The notes beneath the pieces were generated by a model. That model had not been told where the DNA came from and searched no databases. It saw only the letters and a program-made list of their open reading frames with translations. This document shows, piece after piece, positions 14,201 to 26,989 of a stretch of DNA of 64,000 nt. This stretch comes from Antedon mediterranea (Eukaryota > Animalia > Echinodermata), in assembly GCF_964355755.1 (NCBI RefSeq), contig NC_092679.1, forward strand, positions 20,939,432-21,003,431, in the 5' to 3' direction. Position 1 is the stretch's first letter; each line of letters opens with the position of its first letter. The translations under genes were made by a program, and so were the position numbers.

Positions 14201-14621
14201 CTTCAATGCACCTGCCAATCAATCAATCAGAGCCACCAACAACTGTTTTCTGATTGGTACAATTCCCATGCCATGAATTAAGTCACATTGAAAAATTGTT
14301 GTCACATTTCTCACAATGATTGTGATAAAATTATCAACCTCAATATGTGATTCTATTTTTTATATCATGATTTGTCTGGAATGGAGGTTGTTAGTATTTG
14401 CTTATTTAAAATTAAAATGTTTACTTGTCTTTTCAATTTAATTTTTTTAGGAGTGTATTCACTTCCAAACTCTTCCAAATCTTATTTTAATGTAAATTTT
14501 AATTTTAATGTTTTCAAATTTCATTAGAGAGTGTGTTTAAAAAAAAAATGTTTTATGTATATAAATTTTTTAGACAGGTAGGCCTAATTTATTTATATAA
14601 CTATAATTTATATTTCAATGT

Positions 14622-14730
14622 TTAGGGGCTAAACTTGATTAGTTTGAACTATTTTTTAGCCCTTCCCTTGATATAATTATTATTATTTGTATGCTAAAAA
14701 TGTTTATAATTTATATTCATGGGTAAAAAT
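14622..14730 (+). repeat. Dispersed repeat (copy of 11160-11285)
   Basis: Direct sequence similarity over ~100 bp. Confidence 0.7.
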
Positions 14731-15904
14731 GAATGAGAAATGACATGGAGTGGGAAATTCTCTTCTACTATTGCAGGAAAGATTTGAGATTTGACTACAG
14801 TATTTAGTACATGTTAAAGCTTATCCTCTCCCCACTCACACAAATATTGGTAAGCAAAAGTATTAATTGTTTCCCTTGCTTAACTACAGAATATGTTGAT
14901 AATCAACAAATGTTGCAAACTGACGTTAACGACCCATAAACGTTGATTACTCCCTCGTGTGTTTCTGTCAGACCTTGCCTTATCACGGATCTAGAATACA
15001 AGAGAGAAAAAAGCAGTATGTTTACATGTCCGAAATCTATTTTAAACAGCATGATATGCAGCAGAATTAGAATAGTTATTGGTTGTATGTATGATCATAT
15101 TTAATATGCGGTTTATAAAGGGATTACACCGTCTAGAAAAACCCTATCATTACCTATGCTTATGAAGATAATATACATCAACATTTTCTACTGTACGTGA
15201 CTTTACAAGAAGGCACTGTTCGACCTACTTTTAACGTGACATCTTCTATAATACCGTGGATTCTTCATATTAACAACGATGGGTAGCTCCCTAGTTTCGC
15301 ATACAAAGCAACTCTCTTGGGGTTGGCCAAAGTTTTGTCGACCATTGACCGATTTTTTCTCTCTATTTTTTCTCATTACAACATTCAGTCGTCCCCATAG
15401 GGCATAGTCCTGCAACTTCTAAGCTTACTCGGGATAATATCTTTCTGTAATGTCATCTCACTACCTTCCGTTGTCCCATTTATCATCTTTTTTAGAATTG
15501 TGTCTCTAAAAATAATCTTTGTTGTAATGTTGAAAACATCAGGAAGGCATAAACTATAAATGTACGATAATAGATTTATTCGGAACAATGATGCAATCTT
15601 TGATATGTTTTGATAACACAGATTTGAATTCTCAGGATAAATAAAAGAAAATTACTGTAAATAAAAAGAACAAACAGATGAATTATCTTTGTTTGTTTGG
15701 AGTTTAGTTGAATGTTGTTTAGTTTTAACCTATTTCTCCATGATTTGAATTATGAAGTAGCTTGTATTTAATATATTTATAATTTTTTGTTTATTTTTTA
15801 AAATGTTATAAGCAATTTTACATATGTTAAAATAACTACAATCAAAAGAAGTTCATAATGTACAATACATCAAAGAAAAAACAACTGTAAATACATAAAC
15901 AGTA

Positions 15905-16130
15905 GTGGAGCTGTAGCTTGGTGGTTAACGTGCTTGCCTTCCAATCCCAAGGTCCCGGGTTCAATCCTGACCTAGTGCAGGGTTGTAACTCATGACTCTT
16001 TCAACTCCACTCCCTAAGCCTCAAATGAGACTTAGTTTATAAGCACGATAAATTATTAAAAAGTTTATCCATCTTGTAATTGGCGAGTTACTCGCTGTTG
16101 GATGAGTATGAAAAAAAAAAAAAAAAAAAA
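15905..16130 (+). mobile_element. tRNA(Gly-like)-derived SINE with poly(A) tail
   Basis: A-box-like TAGCTTGGTGG, Gly-TCC-like loop GCCTTCCAA, B box GGTTCAATCC, A20 tail. The 3' end recurs at ~31740-31797. Confidence 0.8.
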
Positions 16131-18679
16131 TTAAATTCAAATCAAATTATTTTCTTATCTAATTGAAAAGTATAGCATTTAAAGAACAATTTTACTTAAA
16201 ATCATCATTAAATGTATTGTTCCTCTGACAAAAATCATTTTAATTAATATACATAACAGTTATTTGACCAAAAATATGAATACAAATAACAAAATTATTT
16301 ACATTAAAAAACTATATTTTTAAGAAAAAAATTGTGAAATTTCTGGTTAAATGTAACTGTAATTTTATTTTTGCTAATTATTTTGTTTACCTGTATTAAA
16401 ACTGCAAAATTGACCTATTTATTTTTTTATATTCATCTTTATTTTTCATGTTTTAAATTCATATTTATAATAAAAAACACTATTTTAATGAGTATGTTGT
16501 TGTGATGAAATGAAGTGGTTATTACAAAATGTTTTTCTGTGTTTACAAATGAAAAGATGTAGCAAGCAAATAAATTCAACATTTAATCATGTGCATAAGA
16601 CGTTATAAACTAGGATTCGTGAGTAATAAATCCAATCCTTAGCTGATCTATAAAACATTATGAGACTTAAATCACTAATCCCCTTTATTATATCAAATCA
16701 ATACAAACTCTTGGATGTACTTATTTAGATAAGTCAAGGTTTATCTTAGGATTAAGGTCCTTTGTCTTAATTATCTTCTAGTTCTTTGTTGTTGTTCTAA
16801 TAAAATCTTGTTTCTTCTATCCAAACTGGGACACAACCTTTCCAGCCTAATAACATTATGTTGACATTAATGTTTGCAATATACAGTAACACCTCTATTA
16901 AAGAGACACCTTTTGGACCCAACAAATTTCCCCCTCCTAATTATAGAAAGTTACATGAAAAAAATGAAATTTAAGAATAATACATTTTTATTGATTATAT
17001 ATTTGTAATTATTTAATATTCGAAAACTAAAATATCATGAAAAAGTATGATAGTGATTTATTATTTAGAAAGTATTTATAGGATGAAAAAATACAGACTT
17101 TAATTTTATTACCTTAAGTGCAATAAAGTATTAGTAATAGGTTACTTGAAGGTAGTTTTGATAATTAAAACAAAGCTATTTTAAGGATTAGCTATCTTTC
17201 TGAACATGAACATGGTCAGTCCTTGTTAAAGTAAGCTCTTAGTTAAACTGCCCTCTTTAGTTTTCTAAAGTTAGATAAAGTTTCATAATATGAAAGCATA
17301 TGTTTTCAAATATACTATTAAATAAGATAAAACAAAGACATACTTATTACATTAGTATAACTCAAATCTGTAATTTAGGTAAATTTATACAGTAGAAATA
17401 CCTTCTTTGCAATACCCCAGCTATTAAGGGGATATTTCCAGTGAGACAAATGAGGGGAAATGTATATTATGGCCAACGCATATCCAAAGGACATCTTTAT
17501 TAAGGGGACAATTAGTTTGGTCCTGAAGGTGTCCCCTTTATAGGGGTTTACTTTTACATAAAATATATAAAGTAAATTTATTGAATGTATTGATTAAATG
17601 TTAATTATAAGAAGAGAAAAAACTTAAATCTTTTAATGGGTTTGCATTGTTTTTAACAAGATTTTTTAGAGTAAAATGTTAACCACAAACCTATAATAAT
17701 GCTACAATTAAAAGTTATTTAACTTAGGTGTTGGCAGTGTTTTTGACACTGAGAACCAGAGAGTGATTAACCAAGGTTCTGGTTCTAAATTTTGAGCATG
17801 TTAACCACCATGACACACTGTCCTACCAGACCATAAGATATCAAAAGTACTTGAATATTGAACCAGAAAATGTTTGCGTGTTTTCGTTTCTTAAAGTACA
17901 CTTTGCTTTCCACTTACAATTTATTCAATGGGGCTTTCGGTTTTCAATACACAAAAGCGTTCACGGTCAACAAAGCTTTATATTGTTTTCCTATTAGTGG
18001 GTATATCTACCGGTATTGTTTGTACACCTAGTTTTATCACATTAATATATTTACCACCTGTCCATCCTCCAGCTTGTTTATTCATTTCCTGATTAATTAT
18101 CTTTTTGGGTTAAAACGCTTTCCAGTTGCCAAAGAGCGTAATCCATTCAGAATTAATTCTGTGCATCCGTATCCCATTTCGGGTACTGTGGCTCCATTTG
18201 TACCGATAATGAATTTTCCACATTTAATACAAGAGGTTGTTATCAATTTTGTGTTGTTTTTTTGTGTGTGTTTAAGTAGTTATATCTGTATACTGCCTGA
18301 ATTGGCGTTGTTTGTGGCAAAGTATTTCCTTTTTATTGAATAATATATTAGAAATCATTTTTATAATTCATATAGTATAAGAACGTTTTATTCTATTCAA
18401 TTCTGAAATTAAATCAACTCTAAATGAATGTACCAGACTAAGGGGAAAACAGTTTGTGGCCAGCCCCAAAAAGATATAGTTTTTGGAGTGTAAAAGTAAT
18501 TTTTTTTTTTTGTAATCAATTTTATTCTAATTGAATCAACTCGAAATGAGTAGATACCAGACTTTGAGGGAAATGTGGACAAAATTGAAAGAGTAATAAT
18601 GATCTTTTTATTTAAGCAAAGCAAGCATCTCTTGAAACTTTATAACCTTATAAAAAAGTTATGTAATAAGTATTATAAT

Positions 18680-18843
18680 GCACCTCCATTAGGTCACCTC
18701 CATTAAGGGGATAGTTTTCCTTAAAATCGATATGGTTAAATACATATTTTAACAGTACGACTAACCTCTATTCAGGGGACACCTCTCTTAAGGGACACTT
18801 TGTTGGGTCCCTGAGTTGCCCCTTTAATAGAGGCTCTACTGTA
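18680..18843. mobile_element. Tc1/mariner-type MITE (degenerate copies also ~16883, 17390, 21126, 21472)
   Basis: Shared ACCTCTATTAAGGGGACAC-type internal motifs and AGAGGCTCTACTG|TA / TA|CAGTA termini. Confidence 0.55.
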
Positions 18844-18868
18844 ATAATAGTATACAACACTTACTTAA

Positions 18869-19213
18869 AGATATATTGTCCCCCTAAAAAAATATTTTTT
18901 TAAATTTTTTTGTTGAATATGTTATTTTAATGTCACATAATAGTTATTCACTCTCACAAAAAATTGGGTCTGAAAACAATTTATTTACCTGAGAAAAATG
19001 TAATTTAAAGCAAAAAATGGTCAAATTGTCTGGAAGACAATGAGTTTTTGGGTAATTTAACTGTTTATTTTGTCTTTTTATAGGTGAAATCATTTTTTTC
19101 CCAAGTTTTTTTTGTTATGGAAGTGAACAATTTCATTTAAACTGCAAAATGGCCTATTCAAAGTCCGATTTTAAAAATCTTTATTTTTCATGATTTTGGG
19201 GGACAATACATCT
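18869..19213. mobile_element. Kolobok-like MITE (family B), complete copy
   Basis: TTAA|AGATATATTGTCCCCC ... GGGGGACAATACATCT|TTAA. Confidence 0.8.
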
Positions 19214-21590
19214 TTAAGAAACTAAATAAAACAAAACACATAAGGTGAATGATTTGTAAACAAGGATTTTATATACTAGTTTTGTTTATTATATTATGTT
19301 ATACTTTGTTTTATGTCTACAGTATATTATTCTGAGACAAAGTTGTACAAATTAGTTACTCTTCATTCTTGAATAAAAAATAGCCATTGAAATTAATACC
19401 TAAATAAATCTATGAAAGATAATAAGTTTAAAAGAGGTGTTCGTTTTGTTTGTAAAGACCAGGGAAGAATGAACTGGAAAAGACTAATTGGTAATTCTGT
19501 TAAAATAGATATTTTTGAATTAATTTTAAACATTTAAATTGTTCTGAATAATACATGTGGTCTGTCCACAAAATCTTTGTCTTATAAATCTATGAATATA
19601 GTTAAAAACAAGAATTCATCTTTTTTCTTCCTAAATTTAATAAAACACAATATCATTTTAATCAATCAAAAAAATGTATATTTTACACTCACCAATAAAA
19701 AACAAAATAGATATCATAATTTTGTGACAAAATTGAGCACAAATTGAATATTGAATATTGAATCAACCTAGAAAATGATAGTTGATATTGTAAACCTATC
19801 AATGAAAATAAAATACATATCTAAATAATGTGAACAAATTGAGCAATTATAATAAATGCCTAGAAGACTTAATGGTACTATCGTATGTCATCTAGAAAAT
19901 AACCCATTATTAAATAGACAATATACTCAATAAAACGCTGTCATTATATGCATATATCCTTGTATTTACCATCATAAAAAGATCTTCTTACAATTTCATA
20001 GATGAACAAGTAACATGATATGTTTTCTATGTCAAATTATAACATTTCTTTAGTAATAGTATTTTATTTTGTGAATGTACTGGCAATTGTGTATTATTTC
20101 TAATAAAATCTATCTATTCTAAGCAAAAATGAAAAATCATTAATTAATATTCAAGTAATAAATGTTGATAAGTGCAAACGTTTCGTAAAAAAAAAAAAAA
20201 TAGTTTTCACCGAATGAAAATATTTGTTCTATTGCACGAATATAAAAACATTAAATGTTTTATATAACATTTATCCATATCATTTGAAGGTCATGATTGC
20301 ATATAACAATCAATGAACATGAATATAAAACGAATTTGCACTTGAATAATGAACAAAAAATATGTACTGGTGATGTCCAAGGTTCAATGGGGTAATTATT
20401 GAATATCATGTGCCACCCAATCATCCAATCAAATGCCAAGGATCTACTGTATAATAGCATTTATTTATCACTCTTTTCTAAAATAAATTTTTTTATTTAT
20501 TTATTTTATTTTTATTTCAACAATTTTAGTTATTAAAGTAAAAGTTATTTTTGTATTATGAATTGTTGAGTTTTATAAACCTACAAATCTTGAGTGAGGA
20601 TTACTAATCATGTTATGATATTATCAATTTTATATTTTTCATCCTGACTTTTAAAACTTATCCAACTTGTGTGAGATAATGTTTATTATGAGTTTTATTG
20701 TCACAATAAATCATTATAGAATTCTTCCTCTTAAATAAAACTATCAATTTGTGTTTTTTTAATGTATTGTACGTCACTACCAGCAGTAACCAATTTCAAA
20801 GTGAAATCTGGGTTGACAATAATAGACATTGTTTTGTCGTTTTTAATACCATGTCACAATTGAACTAGTTATTGAATCGTTAGTGTAGTGTAATCATATT
20901 TTGTAACTTAATGGAGAGAGGAAAATGTGTCACCTGTTTTTAGTCTTATTTGAATTCCTTTTGTTTGTTAGATATCTCCTTTTTTTTCTTTTGGAAAGTA
21001 GGTAACATGATGATTTTTAATATTAGTTCAATCATATTCAACTGCTCAGCAATTACAAGATGCATTAACCCCATTATCAGACTTAGATAATTACAACTAA
21101 CTAAGCAAATCTGTTATTATGCCATCAGTAGCACCCCTCCTTTGGAGACGTCTATTTAGGGGCCTCCTTTATTAAATGGGACACTTTCCTGAGCAATACA
21201 ATACTATGACCAACTTTTCTAGAGTTGTCCCCTTAATAGGAGTTCTACAGTAATAATATTTTCCTTTATAGTTATTTTAAAGTTATTACAGTTTTATAAT
21301 TGTGTGTGAAAAATTCTGCTTATGACGGACTTGTCTTTGTCCTGTTGAGGATCCTGGATTCGGACCTAGAACCTTAAGATTGTTAGGCAAGAATGAACTA
21401 CTATGTTCCATTTAATATTTTACCAAGTAATACAGTAAAACATTTTGCTGTTTAAATATTGTGCATTAGTATACAGTACCTCTGCCCTTGGTACATCTCT
21501 ATTCAGCGGACACTCCTATTAAGGGGACATATTGTTGGGTCTCAAAGGTGCCTCTTAAAGGCGTACTTGCGTTAAACTCTATCTCCATCT

Positions 21591-21596
<6 letters not shown>

Positions 21597-21629
<33 letters not shown>

Positions 21630-21855
21630 TATTTAATGAGGGTGATCCATCCAGCTGTTGCTGATCATTAGGGAGCCTCAGAGGTTCACAAGACAAACAT
21701 ATACACAAGATGTTCTACATAAACAAAGTCTTATTACAAGTCTTTGGGAGTGGGGTAATTTAGTCCTTAGAAAAAATCTTGACATGTGACGGGACTTGAA
21801 CCCAGGACCCTTGGAGTGGTAGACAAGCATCATAACCAAGCCACAACTCCACTCC
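21597..21855 (-). mobile_element. tRNA-derived SINE, minus strand
   Basis: Long plus-strand T run (poly-A tail). The reverse-complement head GGAGTTGTGGCTTGG...GGGTTCAAGTCCCG resembles the 15905 SINE head. Confidence 0.75.
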
Positions 21856-22608
21856 TAAGCATAGTAACTCCTTGTCTTTCATAATAATAATACATCACAT
21901 GAATGGTCTTCTGTATTCAACTTAAGACTTTATGTTTCAAAAGAATTCACACAAGGATGAGGCCAATTTATCTTTCTAAATAAACAACATTTTTTACCTT
22001 CAAAATATGTATCACCCATCTAAAATTTAATCTATTAGTTTAAATTTATTTGTAAAAGTTAAATAAATAACTTTTAGTATTCTGTCACATTGCACCCGTT
22101 GTATGTATTACTGTATATTAAAAGTTAAGTAAATAAAATTTATATTAATCGGCGCAAATTTAAGTTTAACAATATGTTTGTAGTGTTTATTTTAAGATAC
22201 AATAACATCACAAGTTACATTTAATACAATGAAAAACATGGAAAACCTAAACACACATAGAATATGTTTCAAAAACATTTTTTAAATCGAGTAGCAAAAT
22301 CGAATGTGTTTTGAAAGATAGCAGTTAATGTTATTTTAGAGGACGATTTAAATCTAATAATTTCAAATAAAAAGGTATGATTCTTTTGCTGTAACCTTGA
22401 AGATGCAAACGTTAGTCCTAAATGAATTTTAACTTGAAATTGTTATACTAAGTTAAACATTAATTTAATAGGGTTTTATACACAGTATAACCCCTAAAAG
22501 TAGACAACTTCAGGATCCAACAAGTGCCTGCTTAGGGATGTCTCCTGAGTAGGGTTGGGTATAGTGTTCAAACATATATTGCATCTATTTTTTTCACAAG
22601 AAAGGCTA

Positions 22609-22917
22609 AGCTCTGTCTACACTATCAAACGTTATTTGACAAAAAAATGTGATATTTGGGCATATCTCTGCCGTATTTGGGCATATCACTACCGTATTTG
22701 GGCATATCTCTACCGTATTTGGGCATATCTCTACCGTATTTGGGCATATCTCTACCGTATTTGGGCATATCTCTACCGTATTTGGGCATATCTCTACCGT
22801 ATTTGGGCATATCTCTACCGTATTTGGGCATATCTCTACCGTATTTGGGCATATCACTACCGTATTTGGGCACAATATCACACTTTTTGTCAAACGTTTA
22901 ATGGTATAAACAGAGCT
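22609..22917. mobile_element. Family A Harbinger-like MITE with internal 21-bp minisatellite expanded to ~10.5 units
   Basis: TIRs AGCTCTGTCTACACTATCAAACG / CGTTTAATGGTATAAACAGAGCT, flanks CTA/TTA. Unit CCGTATTTGGGCATATC(T/A)CTA at 22653-22872 explains the five overlapping repetitive ORFs. Confidence 0.9.
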
Positions 22918-23699
22918 TTAGAAAGGGCTCATTAATAAGATTGTTTGATACTGTAATACTCTATTCACATAACCTAGCAAAACTTTGGAGTTTGCACATA
23001 CCGTAACGCACACCAAAAAAACCCCAAAATGTTGACGCTCTGGTGTGTGTATTCCTAGATGATGTTAAAGGAGTACGATTAAGAAAAATATGTATATACA
23101 ATATAATTATAATAGATAATTGGTTAGAAGCCATATTGAAATTTTGATACTGATCAAACTCTTTGATTGAGAAAAATGTGACAATATAAGCAGGTGCTAA
23201 AAATAAAAGTGCTTAAAAATGAGTGCTTAACGTTTAGTTGCAAGCCAAAGCAACACATTCTATGCCAACTCCTTCCATAGTGGCCTACTTTCCATACTTA
23301 ATGAACACTTGCAATTAAGGTAACATCAGTCTCATCATATCAAGGTGAGATCAATGGAGAAATGGTAAAACTAGATAGATAACACAAAAAAGCACCAGGG
23401 AACATTGGTATAGATAAGTGGCGATGATAATGACCAAACCAATGTTAATTTCTTGCGGCCTTAAATTCCCCCAATGGGATGATGAGTATAATGATAGTTC
23501 TCTGAAAAAACCAGGTGAACAACCTTTTAAAAAGCGGTAAGCTTCTTGCTGAGAAGCTTTTAGAATAATGAGATGTTATGCAATATTTATCAACAGTTTA
23601 AAATCCTACATCAGTTTGAAGAAAATTGGGTATTTAATTGCTACAGTGAAAGTGATTTGGTAAAACTGCTATCTTATTTACCTGTTTATTAATATTATC

Positions 23700-23990
23700 A
23701 AATGATGAATTTTTATAATCTATTATAATAATCTTCATTAATATTGATTATTTTTAGATATCACAAAATATGATTATTATTATCATAACATAATTGTATA
23801 ATACTTAATATGATGATAATAACAATAATTAAAAGAATTTTTTTTAATGATGAATTTTGATAATCTCCTATTATAATAATCTTCATTAATATTGATAGAT
23901 TATTTTTAGATATCACAAATATGATTATTATTATTAATCTTAACATGATAATAATACTAATAATGATAATAACAATAATTATAAAAAAAA
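23700..23990. repeat. AT-rich local duplication / low-complexity (ATA/ATT) region
   Basis: TATTATAATAATCTTCATTAATATTGAT...TATTTTTAGATATCACAAA occurs twice about 150 bp apart. Confidence 0.65.
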
Positions 23991-24979
23991 TTGAATTAAA
24001 TAACCGTTAATATCTATAAAATTTATTATTGCAAATAAAAGCCACTATCTGTAAATGTTAGAAATAAGCAACATCCGTGTGTTTAATGATAATAAAAAAT
24101 GCATGGCTATGTGCTGAAATCCAAATGATTGGACAAAATAATAAATACAACATCTTACATACAGCAACCTTATTTACGCTGCCACCCTTGATAAAAGCAA
24201 CAATAAACTTTTAGCGCACTATACACCTAAGAACTTGCATTTGACAGACTGCTGTCTGCAATTACGATCATTATGTATTACTCTTAATAAGCGTCTATCA
24301 AATATCACAACCCTGCTATGAACTTCCCTATATGTAGAATGGTTCATGCCTACTGTCCATCGGTGGGTTGAATTTGGGGACCACTTTCGATGACATTCAT
24401 AAACCAAGCCGAACGATTACAGCATATTTTATCTTCTCGAGCCGACTGCCTTTAGTTTGACCCATCCTAGATTCTCGGTCTGGCATTACAAGCATGCCAA
24501 TATCTCTAAGTGTATGAGATTGCCCATGGTATGCAGTGGACATAAGCCTAGCCAATAAAACAGCCTCATTACAACCCTAAGTTCTTTTAGGCTCAATATT
24601 TGTTTGCGAAAATATGCACAGCATTTCAAAGTAAATCATAATCTATATAGACGTTGGTATTTAATGTTGGGAATGTTTTAAAAATAACTACCTAATAAAT
24701 TCTACCTCATAAGAATTACCTATACTTTGGTACTGTATATTTGATTGTGGGCTTTTAAAACTATATATAGACATTTGAATACAAGAATATTTGATGCCTA
24801 AAAATAGAAAGACTCAATATTTTGAAGGTCAATTAATATTTGCAGACCAAAATATTTAAAGACCAAACTGGATTGAATTATATTTGTACAATCTATATGC
24901 TACTGTATACAAGTTTTAGATACATTTGAAATATATTTTCCTTATGGAATTTGCGAACTGACTTTACCCAGTTTCTTAT

Positions 24980-25165
24980 AAACCATCATCATTATCACCA
25001 TTTTTATCAACCTAATCATATCATTATAATCATAAAAATGTCATCATTATAATCATCATCAGCAGCAGCTGCATCATCATCATAGAATACTCATCATAAT
25101 CATCAATATTCTTAAAATCACAGTATTCTAATCATAATCATCACAATTCTTATAATAATCATCAA
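24980..25165. repeat. Degenerate (ATC)n simple repeat
   Basis: CATCATCATTATCACC...ATCATAATCATC. Confidence 0.6.
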
Positions 25166-25619
25166 AATCCTCCATGTAAAATCTGGATATTTTTCAAATA
25201 TATTGCTTTTTTATAAATTGTATTTTAGATATCTAAGGCAACTAAAATCTTGAAAGTTAAATCTGAAATGATATAAGGGAAAATGTATCAATAAAAGCTG
25301 TTTTTGATTACTAAAGCAGCGTAGTCATGGGAATAATAAATTTAGAGATTTATTCAAAAAATTGTTAAATTTGATTGCTCTGTAGGTATGTACAGAAGAT
25401 TAAAGCAACTATTTTGTTACTTTTTTTCTGTTTTCAACACAAGCTGAATGTTGACACTATTCCTTATAGTTAACTTTTTATTATTCTGTTATTTTATTTC
25501 ATTTTATAAAATATGATATTTTATAATTAATATTGATGAAACTTTTTTTTATGTAGGTCTACTGGGTTTGCTGATCACCATATTACACGTGAATGTTTAT
25601 GCAAGGAATTTTGATGTGA

Positions 25620-25832
25620 GTATAGACCAAATTACGAAGTTATTCTGCTGCAGTTACTGCAGTAACTTCATATTGTATTATTTTTAATCATTTTTAACAA
25701 GCTGGGTAGTCGTACACATTGCAATGACTGTCTCATAAACTTCTCCAAACAATCTAAAAGTATATGTTGTTATTATTAAGAAATTGTAGTAGTTACTGCA
25801 GTAACTGCAGTATAATAATTTATACATGACCC
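25620..25832. mobile_element. Small foldback element
   Basis: CTGCAGTTACTGCAGTAACT (~25648) and AGTTACTGCAGTAACTGCAG (~25791) are reverse complements. Confidence 0.45.
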
Positions 25833-25947
25833 CTTACTGTATAAAAGAAAAGCATGTTGATATAAGTACTTGAATATAAAACAATGATTAACATATCCAC
25901 TTAAGTTTTTTCTTTTGAAATTAGAATTGACTGTACATAACCTTTAA

Positions 25948-26989
25948 CACTTTGACTGCCAAACACGAAGATCTTCGTTTTTGGAAACACAACGCTTGAC
26001 TGCCAAACACGAAGATCTTCGTTTTTCGCGTTTTTTTACGAAATCCGGTAGATAGGTTAATTATTGGTATATACTATAAATATGGACACTATATTCGGTC
26101 TGGACCGTGAATATTTTACAATTTGAAAGTAACTAATCTGGTTACGAACGATTGTCAAAATGGTACCTGTCGAAATAACATACACCGCGCATCACAGTAG
26201 CGCGTACAGCGATGGTTTGGCGCATTGTGTATCGGTCGCGCGCTAGCTATGCCGCCGAAGCATTACAAAGGTTTATGTGGATTGGAATGTTTGTTTGTTA
26301 TCTGAATAAAAAATAATGGATGAATTTTCAATATGAAGTCTTTAATTTTATTATTGTATGTATACCCTAATTGTTTTAGTGCTTCACTGTAAGTGGCCGA
26401 GTTTCACGCAACAAACTTGTTTAGAAATGGTATAAATATTATCATCATTTTACTAGCTAGGCTAGTAGTACTAGGCTATAGCCTAGGCCTAGTCGTAAAA
26501 CGGTTCTGGACCAACTTTAGGCCTAGTTAACTAGGCCTGGTGTCTTTACTATGTGGATTTTGGCGAAACATTGATGTAAGATTTATGATTTATAAAATAT
26601 AATACATTTTTCGATAGTGATAACTTGTTTTTATAGGCCTACCGGTGCCGTGTAAGTAATTTTTCGTTGTTTGTTGATCTCACCGGGCGATATTTTCATA
26701 TTGTGATGTCTTGCACAAAATCGCGTATATCTCGACTTTCTTGCGCAAAACTACGAAAAACTCAAAAAGTGGGTTACTTTCATTTTACTATTACGATTTA
26801 CATATTGCGATTTGAAAATCGTTCTTGGTACCATTGTAAAGCTAAAATCTTTTTGATTATTTTAGTCTAAATTACATGTAAATCAGATCACATACATAGT
26901 TTCAATCAGCTTCGATAAAAACATCGAATTGGGCTATAAACGCTGGCGGTGGCAGTTTCTAACTGGAAAAACCTCTGGCAGTCAAAGTG
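25948..26989. mobile_element. piggyBac-like non-autonomous element (1042 bp)
   Basis: TTAA|CACTTTGACTGCCA ... TGGCAGTCAAAGTG|TTAA, a perfect 14-bp TIR. Subterminal 31-bp direct repeat TTGACTGCCAAACACGAAGATCTTCGTTTTT x2. CpG-rich; no transposase ORF. Confidence 0.88.

Noticed and set aside
22555-22935. Five overlapping repetitive ORFs; superficial CRISPR-like periodicity
   Set aside because: Produced by a 21-bp head-to-tail repeat inside a MITE; no unique spacers and no cas genes.
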